Positions 24,506 through 36,846 are shown, numbered from the whole stretch's first letter. The stretch is 59,919 nucleotides of DNA, filler included, from Sphacelaria rigidula (GCA_964200075.2; 8 parts of 8 records of this genome joined end to end with filler, not necessarily neighbours in it); one strand, 5' to 3'. The notes: generated by a model from the sequence alone, not told the origin. Numbers and translations: made by a program.

Positions 24506-24595
24506 GAGTGGCAGCCAAAGAGAAACAGCGACTACACCAAAAAAGAGTCAAAGTGGGCCTTCGGGGCACCAATCGGGGCGATCAAGGGAGAAATG
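24506..24595 (+). CDS. Internal exon B of the same gene
   Basis: GCACAG| acceptor and |GTGGGA donor, 90 nt, phase 0-0. Encodes EWQPKRNSDYTKKESKWAFGAPIGAIKGEM. Confidence 0.65.
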
Positions 24596-25591
24596 GTGGG
24601 ACATACATGCCTTCTCTACAAACCGCTCGTATTTTCCTGCTCATTGATTTCGTAGGACTCGGAGTTTTCGGTTGCCGTCCATGCAGCGTGTACTTGAATC
24701 AGGCTACAATCTACAAGAAGCAAGCCCCTCGCCCTCGCCCTCATCACGAGTGATTCTTCTTGTTTTCGTCATGATCCAAAAATGACGCCATTTGTGTGTG
24801 AAACTTGTTCCAAAATGTTCATGGTTGGGGCTATGCTTGATCATTCTCCCAGTTGATTATCGCGTACACCCTATCATCAAGCACATGGGAAGAAAAAAAA
24901 AACACGCTACTTTGAACTAGCGAGGACTAGCGAGGTCACTACGTTGAGGGTCGTTAATCCGGTACTGCACTGTACGCCTGAGCGGTGTTCTGCAGATCGG
25001 GGCGGATGATGCTTTTATCCCGATCTGGTTGGGTACGGTGACGCAGTAAGATGAAGCATCACGTGCGATCAAATCCCTGAGAAACACGTGCATTTCTTTC
25101 ATCGGCACTCTCGGGAAGTGTAAAGTGAACAGCGTGATCAATTCCATCCCGGCAAAGATCGGGACATCTCCACGCACACAACAGTCAGACCAAGCAGAAG
25201 CACAACATTTCATAACATCGCGCCGCAACTCCTCACTTCCCCGCGTTCTCCCTTTTCCGTACAATCGAGTTCTTTTGAGAACACGTGTATCATGATTCAA
25301 CAGCGTGACTCTCCGGGGATCGCATCGTGTCATGACCAAATAGCCCTACTCCGGGGGCTGTTGATTTTGTTGTTGTGTGTGGGTTGGAATTTGCTGAAAG
25401 ACGAGGAGAGCAAGAGGGGGCTCCAGCGGTGACAGAACCGCTTGGTTATCTTTGGTACAGTGGATCAACCAACACGGAATCGCCTCGTGCTAGAAAGAGA
25501 ACGAGCCAAAAACGGATAACAAGTGGATCCTTATTGATGCGACGCAGCAGCTCAGGGCAACCGAGCACGTTTTTTGGGAGTTTCGGTTTTG

Positions 25592-25594
25592 TTG

Positions 25595-25634
<40 letters not shown>

Positions 25635-25640
25635 TGTTGT
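25592..25640. repeat. (CTG/TTG)n microsatellite
   Basis: About 16 trinucleotide units are seen directly. Confidence 0.9.
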
Positions 25641-26543
25641 GTGAGCGATTTTGGTGTTTTTTTGCGCTTGGCGATCACGTGAGTAGCGCGAGGGTGCCGT
25701 TGTGATGGCGAAGGCTGCGTCGTTTTTTTTCAAACCAACGAGTCAAGAAAACACCGTCACACTAACTATGGCGATACGAAAAAAACACGACTCTGGACAT
25801 GACCTGGAGGAAATTACGTCTTTGTCGCTAACTAATTGGATCCTGAAGAGTGAGTAAGATACCCCGTGCAGTATGTTGGCCCCTTCAGCACCGCAGACGG
25901 ACACCTGGATCCGTCAGCAATTTTTCAAACAGCACAATACCGATTCAGTAGACGGACACACCCGGGTGGCCAAAGAGTACGTGTTCAATATGAGGGACAC
26001 GACGCTGCTCAGCTCTTCACAGACATGAAGTCATGCAGCTAGCTAGACAGATATAATGTTTTCCCAAGTACCTCTCGTACAGATTTAGGGGTATTGACGG
26101 TATTGAAGTAGTGAAACGACACCCCGGCCCCCGCCTCCGCCCCCGCCGTCCCCTTGGCAAGTGAATGTTTTACTTATCGGTAATTTACTGATCAATCGAT
26201 TTTTGACTTTTTTATGTGAGTAGATACACATCGCAATTTGGTTGGACGTGGAACGAGATCAAGACTGACTTGATGTTTTGGGCAGCTTATCTCTGTACTA
26301 ACATCATGTACCCGACCAAACGCGCGATAAAGTTCATGGTGAGGTTCGGTGCATACCGCTCCTGCCGGTGACCTTCAGGGAGCTGATATCCAAAGTACCC
26401 CGGTACAGTGTACGTACTAAAGGTGCCATAAAAAGTAGGTGTCATTTATCAGGGACGGGGGTGACGGGGTGATGAAAAACACACGGGTGATATTATACCG
26501 TCTCAAGGGGTGCCATTTTTGCTGAGTACTGAGTACCCCCCCC

Positions 26544-27105
26544 GCGTCCAGCCTGGTCCGGCGAGAGCCCGGCGTGCTCCGTCCCGGCTTTGTAGGGGTG
26601 GACCCCTGATGGGGTTGGCGTCAGTTGGCGATGATGCTATAAAATACGCCACTCACTGCGTAAGCTAGTCAACCAGATTACCGACTTTTTCTGGCGCGCT
26701 TGCGTTTTTTTTGCGGTAACCATGATAGTCGAGCTAAATCATGTTGTGCGGCGTAGGAGAACCTCAACTCCGCACGAGGAGGATGATCGTACTACGTAGT
26801 GTTTGCATGGTGGGACACCCATGAGGCAGCGTGTAAGCTGTGGCTGTCTCTGGAAGTGGCGATAGCAGAAAATACAGTAACTCAATGTAGGCTGACATCC
26901 GAATGTAGGATAATCAGTACTCTTCGAGCCAAAAAATCTTAGCAGGATGCAGCTCACCCTTCATACGACTCGCCGAACACATAACGGCTTGGTGAAAATT
27001 GCGAGCCTGTTCTGGCGAAAACCCGGCGTGCTCCGTCTCGGCTTTGTAGGGATGAGAGGTCAATGGTCTCATGACTATGACATGCATGATCATGGGTACA
27101 CCGCC
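26544..27105 (+). mobile_element. Longest plus-strand copy of the poly(C)-tailed non-autonomous element (intronic)
   Basis: Begins right after GAGTACCCCCCCC and ends CATGATCATGGGTACACC. It contains an internal direct repeat (AGCCTG.TC.GGCGA.A.CCCGGCGTGCTCCGTC.CGGCTTTGTAGGG) at ~26550 and ~27004. Confidence 0.85.
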
Positions 27106-27173
27106 GCGCCTTCCTCCCTTCCCCCGGTGGCCCCCCTCCCGGTGCGCGTGTCTGAACCGTTTCTGCCATGCAG

Positions 27174-27473
27174 GTGGATGCGATGGCCTGCATCCAAGTC
27201 AGCGAAGACGACGGCGTTGTGATAGAGTGGATATGCAGTAATCCGGCTACGCTCGGGGTGCCGGGAAACGCGGTGGAGTGGCTCGAAAAGGGGGTTTACG
27301 CGATCTGTGGGAAGAAGTTGGATCTTCCCGTCTCCATCGCCAAAAATGCCCGAGGAGACCACGGCGACGGCAGCAGCAGTAGCGAGAAAAGAGACAGCAG
27401 CAGCAAGAGAAGAAATAGCGGCAGCAAGAGAAAAGATAGCGGGGGCAAAAAAAAACGGGGGAAGAAAAAATAA
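27174..27473 (+). CDS. Terminal exon C of the GNAT-like protein, with a Ser/Lys-rich tail
   Basis: ATGCAG| acceptor, phase 0. Encodes VDAMACIQVSEDDGVVIEWICSNPATLGVPGNAVEWLEKGVYAICGKKLDLPV...GGKKKRGKKK*. Confidence 0.7.
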   Translation: MDAMACIQVSEDDGVVIEWICSNPATLGVPGNAVEWLEKGVYAICGKKLDLPVSIAKNARGDHGDGSSSSEKRDSSSKRRNSGSKRKDSGGKKKRGKKK

Positions 27474-27589
27474 AAGGTGGCGACGGCAGTGGCAACGAGA
27501 GTGGGCAGAGACAAAGAGATATTTCGCGAATTTCCCCGACAGCCCTTGACCCTTCCCCTTCCTCGTGAAGAGTCTGTCGTCTCAACGGA

Positions 27590-27822
27590 TCAACCCGTTT
27601 CTTCCAAAGGACCTAATTTGACATGTTTTTGAATCGAGGGTGATATCAGCACTCTCGCACCCGAATGAACCCTCGTCGATTTTTCTGTTGTCACTCGAGT
27701 CCTTGCACTTTTATCGGCGAAAACCAGATTCCGCGAAAAAAAAAAAACTGTATCTCTCGGGTTTCTAACCCTCAACATTCCACCCTAGCTGGTAAATGGC
27801 GAACCAGTTGGACCACCTGAGC
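27590..27822 (-). mobile_element. tRNA-derived SINE-like element (second family)
   Basis: The minus strand starts GCTCAGGTGGTCCAACTGG (A-box-like) and has GGGTTAGAAACCC (B-box-like) ~35 nt downstream. There is no acceptor stem, and the 3' boundary is approximate. Confidence 0.5.
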
Positions 27823-28936
27823 ACAGCGGCTCCGTGTATCTTGTGTACTGATTGGAGACAACAACCATTGGGATGAACGACGGATTTCAAAGGGAGCGTC
27901 GGAGCGCACTCGTGCTTGTGTGTGTCTTCAAAGCTTGGTTGACCGACGACTGACGGTCACGATGTCCTTGGGTCTGGAGGGAGGGAGCGGGGCATGGGAG
28001 TTTTTCCCACGCCGAGTTTTTTGCCTTGTATATGTCCTGGCTAGGTTGAGATGCAGGTTTGTGTATACGTGTGATTCCTATGGGAGTCCCTAGCCTCTTT
28101 TTTTGTGAGTAAAGTCTCGTGCTGTGTTATACTGTGGTCCACTGTATTGTACCACGTGCGTGTAAAATTTAAGTTCCGTTGTCGTTTGGTTTGTTGTGCG
28201 TGTGGGAAAATGGTCAAAATAACGGCGAATGTAAAATAATGTCGGTAGGACCATTTTGGTTTGTTTTCGCGAGTGATATATTGGGTGGACCGGCACTTTG
28301 TCATTGCCTTGTTTTTCTTCGGTGTTGTTTCGCAATCCTGAAAACGCGTGCTAAAAGCAAAACCTCTGCGGTTGCGGTCTCGAAGCTGCAGGATGAGTGG
28401 TTTACAGTAGGGGTGGACGATTTTTTCTGTAGCTCTGCACTGTCGGAGCCTCTGGATGACAAACATCTGGGCTCTAGTTTGCAGCCTCACAAATCGTTCG
28501 GACTACAAGGTGCACCCCTACCGTAGAATCACTTGGATTGAGCCTGGACGTCGGCACTGTCTGCATGACCAACTGCCTAGACTGTATATTGCATCACCAC
28601 TGACACGAAACACAGGCTAGTCTGTAGGTCAGTTACTCCGACCTACATATCATTTTTATCGTGCATGGGGTTGGCTTACCCCGACCAATAAAAACCAACC
28701 CCAGTCGGGTGGCGGTCGGGGTGGGACGGTTGCTGCTGTGTCGAGTATCATTCCTACACCATACGGAGACAACGTCCGTATGGATACTTGAGTCTATATA
28801 TAAAACCCCGAACGATCCAAACAGGGGATGATTATTATTTTTAGTCTGGACATTTCCTGGAGCACAGGGAAACGATCGGTACCCTCCCCTTCACCTGGTT
28901 CGCTATCTATTCAGAGGTTATGCGCACATGAGGCTT

Positions 28937-29205
28937 TATACTGGAGCAATGCTACGGTAGGGGTGCACTTTGTCGGCGAAATTTTGTCTGGTTTAGGGGC
29001 TCCTCACCAGTCTAGACGCACAAGAATAAGGGCCAGGGCATCCCCGTTCGCAGATTAGTTCGGGATATCCCCAGCACATTAGAATAGTAATCCTGGCGAA
29101 CTCTCGCATATTTTCATAAGTCGTATTTTGGATGAGATAAGGGGCTCCTCACAATTTTAACCTCAGAAATTATTTGTGTACCCCTACCGTAGGATCACTC
29201 ACTGA
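28937..29205. mobile_element. MITE with CTACGGTAGGGGT[GA]CAC inverted ends
   Basis: GCTACGGTAGGGGTGCAC (28951-) is inverted at GTGTACCCCTACCGTAGG (29176-). Another end motif lies at 28511-28535. Confidence 0.55.
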
Positions 29206-30012
29206 TCTGATACGTATATATAATAATGCACTAAATCTGGATTTCGCGTCGTCTCAGTTTAGAGGTGTGCTTTACAATTTGCACAATGTGATCTGGAGAA
29301 TCGCTACAGTTGGGCATAATACATGAACGTTTTCAGCCCCTCGAGATTTTTTATCGAACAAGGGTAACTACATGTTCGTCGGACTACGAACGAATTTTCG
29401 TTTTCGGAACGTTTCCGAAATCGATTTTTTGAAGAATATGGCCACCGATCAATTTCAGGCCGGTAACTTGAAGACGTGTGTTGTTTTTGTGGTTCAACCT
29501 TGCGAACAGAAGAGGGGCGGATGATTTAGGTCCAACGGCGATTGGGATTAACGACGGTGTCAAACAAAGAGACAGACGTCGACTTTGTCTCTCTTTGCAT
29601 CCTACACTGGAGGTCTCTGTGTGCTGTCATCAGTGAGCATCGGAGCGTGGGGCACAAGGGGCAGCCCACTAGCACATGTCTTGTATGTACAAGCTCAGGT
29701 AAATGTGTCCCAAATCATCCGTATCCTCCCTCCAACATGCACAATGACCTGCAGAGGTCGGAATCTTCATATACAATCGCTTAAGGGCAGGTCGGGTCGG
29801 TATCGCTTGCCGCTTGGTAGGGGTTTGCTGATTCGACTTGGTCGTAGTGTGGATACCGAAATTCGGATCTTTAAACAGCCAATCATCTATGTTGAGGATG
29901 GTGCTTTTGATTNNNNNNNNNNNNNNNNNNNNNNNNNNNNNNNNNNNNNNNNNNNNTTAATTAATTAANNNNNNNNNNNNNNNNNNNNNNNNNNNNNNNN
30001 NNNNNNNNNNNN

Positions 30013-30080
30013 TCCCGGCTTTGTAGGGATGCGAGGTCAATGGCCTTATGACTATGGCATGCGTGATCATGAGTACACCC
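30013..30080 (+). mobile_element. 3' end of the poly(C)-tailed element at the contig start
   Basis: CCCGGCTTTGTAGGGATGCGAGGTCAATGGCCTTATGACTATGGCATGCGTGATCATGAGTACACCC. Confidence 0.8.
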
Positions 30081-30379
30081 TACGGAGGAACACTCGCTCA
30101 AGTAAAACAATAATGTGTTGTTGGTTATTCTTTCTAACCCTTGGGTGAAACGGCGAGTAAACCACACCCGTAATAACGATAATAGATTACATTGGCAAAA
30201 CCTTCACTGCGTACCGTATCGAGTCTAGGCACTAGATTCGACGTTCTACGCAATTCCCTTTTCGCCACTCTAATTTTCGTTGTCCAGGGTGTGGAAAGAT
30301 ATTGGAATAACATAGAATATTGGCGATCGATGTTTCGTGAGAGTTTCATATGATGATTTCAGCAGAACACAATCCAGCA

Positions 30380-30606
30380 AAAAAAATCGACTTCGCGGTC
30401 AACGGGGGAGAGGAAGTGCTGAGCCCCTCTCGCGATAAAAAAAAAAGGAAAGCACCGCAGAAGGAAGGTGGAGAACAAAAAAACTCCTGTGCTGACCTTC
30501 CTCCTGGGTGACCCCGGCTGGTGCGCCCACATACACAGAAAGGTGTACACTGGCGTCCAGAATAGATGGGATGACAACATACACACAGCTCACAACAACA
30601 CAAGCA
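30380..30606 (+). mobile_element. 3' half of the tRNA-derived SINE (family of 34755-35127)
   Basis: CTGAGCCCCTCTCGCGATAA...CTGGCGTCCAGAATAGATGGGATG plus a CA-rich tail matches the reverse complement of 34755-34990. Confidence 0.8.
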
Positions 30607-31152
30607 GTTGTTGGCACTATGGAGACTCACGCAGGGGAAAGAAAAGCTGCATCAAGTCTCTACTGGATGCCTCGCGGGTGATTTTTAAGAGCCACGACCG
30701 GCGGGAACGACGACCCCACAACGGTGGAATTTCCATACGACGTGTGAGACAAAAGAAGCCTGCACAGGGAACAAAAACAAAAAAACGCTTTTCAGATGCA
30801 AATATGTAGAACCTTCGGGGTCTGCGGATGGACACATGTACTTCGACATGTGATTTTTTCCCGTCATAAACATGATAGCCCTTTTGATTGAGACCGGGCC
30901 CTCACTGACCCGCTGCAGGCATCTGGTCTACACGGAGGGTCGATTTGTGAATTCGCATAATCTTCAGTCGTTTTCAAGAGCGAAAAATAATGCCGATTCA
31001 CAATGGGCACCCAGCCACGGTTGGTTCCGTCCGGTCTCGAACGGGTTAACCGAATATTCAGCGCATGAAAACGTCTGTGCGTTGAAAAAGGCTTGACAGT
31101 TCTCTTTATATAACATCTTGTCTCTCGTTTTCATTCCGTTTTCTCCGTCTGT

Positions 31153-32835
31153 TCAGTCACTGTCTAGTTTCCCTCCTGCTCGACGTTCTTTCAGCAAGTG
31201 CTTCTGCGTTGTACAACTTGGAGTACGATGCGTACACTTATCTTCGGAGTACGGACGGATACCAGGGGCATCAATCAGCCAATGTGCGACGTTTGATCCA
31301 GTGCAAATAAAAAACATCAAACCAATCGAAAAAGATGACCAAACGTGTCAACCGTACCTACCTCGATGTTGATCTTTAAGACCTGGGTGCGGCGGGGAAG
31401 GCGCCCGCGGAGCTGGAACCGAAACTTGACTGCTTGCCAAAACGAAGGTTTCTGCCCAAGACAAGGAAAAAAGAAAAACGAAAGAGCGAAAGAAGAAAAG
31501 ATCAAGAAATAAAAAGAAGAGAAGAGAAAAAATAAGAAGGAAGGAAAAAAAAAAGAACACAGAACAAGAAAAACCAATAACAGAGAAAAAAAAGGAGGAG
31601 GAAAAAAGCGGGGGGAAAAAAAGAGCAGAGTAAGAAGAAGGAGAGAAGGAGAACAAGAAAAAAAGAGCGCGAGTAATCGACACATACAGAGCAGTGCTGG
31701 AATTCAAGACGTGGTAGATTCGATGGCAACACAAAAAAATGAAAACAAAAAACAACGAGGAAACGGGAAAGGAGAAACAAACGGGTCCGCAAAAAAAACA
31801 CACTCTCAAAAATGCGATTTTTGACGTGGGATACGGGAGGTGTCGTCGAATTCACCGAAACAAGCGAATAACCAAGCTAGATAGAAGGCGAAGAAAAGCA
31901 AAAATCCCACGTCTTAGGCAGGTTTTGCCACTCTGGTCAGTCATCACACCGAAATCAGTAAAAATGGTCAATCCCGCGAGGACACTGAAATTAGCGTCCG
32001 AACTTTGGCCAGGTCTTTCTCCCATCCTCCCAAAATGCTCCGTTTCGGAAGGGTAGGTGGTCAATGGTCAAATGCCTGAGGCAAGCAACAAAGAAGTAAC
32101 CCCCCCTCCCCCCCCCCCCCCAAAAAAAAAAGACGCGAAAAGAGGCAGATAGTACGGATTCTCACGTGCTCCACGTAGTTCTCTCGAGAAACGTCCAGAA
32201 AGTGCCCAAGGTTTTTGTCCACAGTGGGCCTGATCAACGTGCTCGCTGGAAAAAGTTGAACATACAAGGGCAGGTCGAGCAGAGTATACTCAATGGCGGG
32301 GTATTTTAAAAGTCATGCTTGAAGTACACAAATTGGGGGTAGGGTTTTAGCGATTGTTTTCCAGGTATTGTTCGGGTACGACTCTCAACACTCTATCCTA
32401 ATCTGAGTACCTCAAGTACGTCTTTCGAAACACCCCGCAATCGAGTATACTCGACTCGACCTGCCCTCGTAAACATGCGGAAACAGAAAAATAACCGAGA
32501 TCAGCACAGGAATACAGACATACATTACACGAGATTGTTCGGGTAAATACGTTTCCAACAGATGGTGGATGATGACGCAGGCATCTTCCGGCAGGGGAGA
32601 AAAATCGATCGAGATCACGTTGAATACTTCCCCATCCCTGGTCGGTACCCCCACCTGGCGGGAAATCTTCGGGTTCAGAGCGAGGGGATAGTTGTTCTGC
32701 TGTTTGTTGGGTCGTAGCGGTGGAGGATGACTTGTCTCCATCTCGATCCCAAAAGGCTCTCCTCTTGACGATGGACGTACGTCGCGTGCCGCTCAGAACG
32801 GGCGTGGCATGATAGCCGCGGTGTCCGATGGGCTT
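31153..32835 (-). CDS. Spliced hypothetical protein, probably mitochondrion-targeted (exons 32835-32655, 32245-32166, 31451-31362, tentative last exon 31203-31153; first exon not located)
   Basis: All junctions are AG/GT with consistent phases (0-1, 1-0, 0-0, 0-stop). Translation: KPIGHRGYHATPVLSGTRR...DFPP/ASTLIRPTVDKNLGHFLDVSRENYVEH/KPSFWQAVKFRFQLRGRLPRRTQVLKINIE/KHLLKERRAGGKLDSD*. RGYHAT resembles a mitochondrial presequence cleavage region. Confidence 0.6.
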
Positions 32836-34754
32836 CTGATTCATTTTTGGTATTTCGAAGACACGGAACACGCGCAGTGGAAGGAGAGAAAGGATGGACG
32901 GATATATGAATGGATGGATGGGTGAATAAACACGCACGAGAAGGAGAGGAACCAAGGAAACGATATGTCTACTTATGTTTCAGGAGAAAAACAAGAATAT
33001 GAGGAAAACGATACAGGGCGTGGAGGCTGTGGAAAACGTCCTCATACAATAGAGCACGGCGAAGTGCGGGACATATGCAACGTATGCCTCCTCCGCGTGA
33101 ACAGGGTGGATGAATAGGCGAATCAATGTACGTCGGAAAAAACAGTACCGTGCGGGAACCAATGGAAATATCTCCTTGTCAAGCACTGGGCCTATTCAAA
33201 GTGTGCCTCTTGCGCTTGCACTATTTTGGTAGTGATAAGCTTCAGTGTGCACGAGAGGGTTTCGACCAGCGCATGGTGTCCTGAATGCAGTGTACTTCGA
33301 GGCTAGACATCATATCTTTTGTAGGTCCACTCACGGCAACAGCAAAAAAAAACCCGAACGAAATGGAATGAATAAATAGTATATGGGATGCAGAAGATTA
33401 AACAGGAGGCACGCGGTGGGACACAGCCCCCACCCGCCGGGGGCGAGTGAGTGCGATTAATGGAGAACCCACGGCACCCGTGGGAGACGTTTCACGCGAA
33501 AGCGCCTCTGCCACTCAGTGATAACAGGACTCTGCAGGGAGCGGACGCCGTTTGCGTCGCGTGCGGGGATGGGGTACAATACACACGAGTCGTCGGGGGC
33601 ACATGCCGCAAACGTGAGCGCCATGCTAGATATTGGCATGGTGATCGAGGTGGGGTATACGGATGTGGTCGGCGTGTTCCTAGTCCCCATGGAGATCTTC
33701 ATGGTGTGGAATTGTAGAGCTCGGAAATGCTTTGTAACCAGTTGAATGGCTACGTAGCGCAACCATGAACCCGTTGAATGTTACATGGTGGTTCGGTGAT
33801 CGAGCGGCGCAGCTCCGAGACAAAAAGCCCCCCCGTGCCAGAGGCACGTTTATACGCGACTTGGCTTTCACCAGAGCTAAAAAATACGTGAAATTTGGGC
33901 CCATTTTCAAGGGCTGCATGTAGCATACGCAGGCGGTAACGGTAAAAAAAAAAAGTCGGTAACGGTACAAATTGAATTTAAACAGTTATTCAAAATTCCC
34001 ATATAACCATCACCATTATTATCAATATAATGATGATGGTCAGTTATAAGTGGTACTATTTCCACGGGTTCGCGAGATTGGACTAGTGTGCGAAAATAGT
34101 AAGAATAATATTCCCGAGCTCTATGGAATTGACTTTGCCGGTGAGTCCGAATCAACTATGGGCTGGGCCGCCCCAAGACGCGGACAGGGATGTGAACACG
34201 CGATTTAGCGGCTCATTTTGGGTCGTTTTACATGGCCTTTTGACACAGCGCTCAGGACGTATGTACGAAGACTCCATCTCCGACCCTCTACATTTTTGCC
34301 TTTTTTTTTAGTTATTCACGATTTTGTTTCGAAAAAACTGTTCTAAAATGTTTGGTCAATGATAACTCACGGAGAAAAAAATGAATGCACGGGGCAAATG
34401 GGAGCGTCTTCGCACATACATCCTGTACATCGTGTTAAAATTTCATAGAAACCGACCGGAAATTAAGCTGCTGAATCGCGTGTCCGTGTTCAAGACTGGT
34501 TCCTATGTGGAGATGGACCAGCCACGAAATGTACGCTCACTGTATCGTACCTGATCCTGATGTGAATCACTACATGCCCTCTACTTCATGAAGAAGTGAT
34601 CTTGTGCATGGTTGCACACCCTGGACAAAAGATTACATTGTCGAAAAATGTACTGCGTCCAGTATGGAATCTATTGTCTATTGCAATAGGCGCAATAGTC
34701 GATACTGTACGCAGTACATTTTTTTACTGTGTATTCTTTTGTGCAGGGTACGCG

Positions 34755-35127
34755 TGATTGTTGTGCTGCCATCCCATCTATTCTGGACGCCAGTCTATAC
34801 CTTTCGATATATGTGGGCGCATCAGACAGGGTCACACAGGAGGAAGGCCACCACAGGATTTTTCTTGTGTGTTTTGTTTTGTTCCATTGTAGTACCCCAA
34901 CTTCCTTCCGCGGTGCTTGTCGGCTTTTCTTTATCGCGAGAGGGGCTCAGCGGTCCCTTTTCTTCGTCGACCGTGACGTCGACTTTTGTGTACCCACGAC
35001 AGTCTTTCCCCCCTGCTGGGCATGGTGTGAGAAAAAATCCCAGGTCGCGTGACGGCACCGAGATTCGAAATCCACGTTCCAACCGTTGGAAGGTTTCGAG
35101 GTTACGAACTGAGCCACCGGGGCGACC
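34755..35127 (-). mobile_element. Near full-length tRNA-derived SINE
   Basis: The minus strand begins GGTCGCCCCGGTGGCTCAGTTCGT (A box), then GGATTTCGAATCTC (B box), a body and a CA-rich tail. Head copies lie at 52314-52418(+), 52519-52592(-) and 59861-59919(+). A tail copy lies at 54264-54320(-). Confidence 0.85.
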
Positions 35128-35901
35128 GGCTGACCTTACGGCAAATATATCCCGATCGCGGGGTTTCTGCGGGTGCCGGTTTGTTATCACGTGCTCAGAT
35201 AGCTTTGGCAATACAAGTGTGTGCAATATCTCGAATTCATGGATTCGAGAGTATACGAATCCCACCGTGGTTCCAGATTATATTTTGTGAAACACTGGGG
35301 GTCCTGTACTGAATATCCTGAGATTGGCGGAATTGCACCAAGGTGGAGGGTGATGCAAGTTCGAGGTGCCCCCATGTTGCACCGTGCATACCCACACCTA
35401 TTTGCCCCGCATGACTCATGTCATACTAACGCAGGATGCGGACCGAAATGATTCATTCAAGGCCAGTTGACGTGCAGTCAGGGAGTCCAGCAGGCTGGGG
35501 CCGGGTTGCCCACCCCACGTTCCTTCCGTCTTGTCCGCAAAACTTTACACATGGCGAAGCTCGACGCCTTGTCTCCAGCAAACGGAACCCGACCTCTCTT
35601 CCGTTCGCTGCGGATTTGTCAGACAACCTCTCTCTGTGTAGCGTGGAGCGGTCATCGCACATCGCAGTCTTAATGACCCGGATGTCCAGTATATATATAT
35701 ATATATATTCATAAATCGCTCTGCTTCGCATCACACTTGCAATTTTCCTATCTTTTTTTGCTTTGGAATGGAATGGAATGGAAAAGGGATAAAAGAGATA
35801 GACGCCGTCAGTGACGAAAAGCAAGAACGACATACAAGCAGAAGGAGGGACGGAAAGAAAGTAAGGGCCATAGATTGACGATGACAATTCTTTCGCGCAT
35901 C

Positions 35902-36672
35902 GCACAGCGAGCTGAAGTACAAAGAAGTAGCTACACACACGTGATCATTTCAATTTGTGTGCAGCACTTTGATCCCACCCTACTGTCGTGCAGACCATAA
36001 CACGGCATGCAGCAGTACGGACAGCACAGCTGATCATCAAGGTGGCGACGGTAGTGCATCCGTTGAATCGTCATCAATTTTAGTTGAAGTATGTGTGCAC
36101 GATTAATCAACGACACGTCAATTATATCAACTAACTTGATTAGTTGATTTTCTTCGGTAGAATTCCAGCAGCGCACAAGCCAAAATATTTGCTGCTCGGG
36201 GGGCGACCTTGGGCAACACTTTCCAACGTTTTCAGAGAGTAGTGATACGACTCTGTAGGACTGTCTGAAAATGTCTGAAAATCGGCTCACCTCCCACACA
36301 TCTCCACCTTGCATGTTCTCTCTCATCACAGCACCCGACTACAGCTAGTTGAGGGACAAAGACATCGCTACACACACGAGATTATTTCAATTTGTGTGCA
36401 TGTCACACCAACCGCATTCGGCGTATGGTCTGGTGTACGCATCACGGGCGATAATAGAGCAAATAACGATGCTTACAAAATACGGGATAAAAACAGCGGA
36501 AAGTCCTCTCTCCTGACCGTTTTATGTAAGCATCGGCGTAGGCTGGACTCACAAAGCGTCCACCTTCCATGTTGTCTCTCATCACAGCACCCGACTACAG
36601 CGCGGTGAAGTACAAAGAAATAGCTGCACGCACGTGGTCATTTCAATTTGTGTGTAGCACTTTGATCCCCCC
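35902..36672. repeat. Three diverged local direct repeats (~80-110 bp)
   Basis: ...GAAGTACAAAGAA.TAGCT.CAC.CACGTG.TCATTTCAATTTGTGTG.. at ~35905, ~36305-36400 and ~36560-36670. Confidence 0.75.
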
Positions 36673-36846
36673 CTATAATGGCGACAGTCGAACGATTACA
36701 CCACCGGGGCGCGGCGGCTGTTGTTATAGTGTAACCTCTACCTGGGACATGGACGTCCGTCGCTGGGAATCCATCTGGGAGTTGGACGTCCATCGGCGAT
36801 ATCCGTATCTTATTTTAGATGGAAATCCATCTGGAGCGTGGGTATC

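Noticed and set aside
25490-25678. PolyQ/polyA protein
   Set aside because: It is an intronic (CTG)n microsatellite that is open in several frames.
31362-31451. SppA protease or MRS2 Mg2+ transporter assignment for the contig-5 gene
   Set aside because: There is only loose resemblance over ~30 residues. No catalytic or GMN motif or compatible downstream exon is visible.
31317-31855. Phe/Leu-rich membrane-protein ORFs
   Set aside because: They translate a low-complexity A/G-rich intronic tract.
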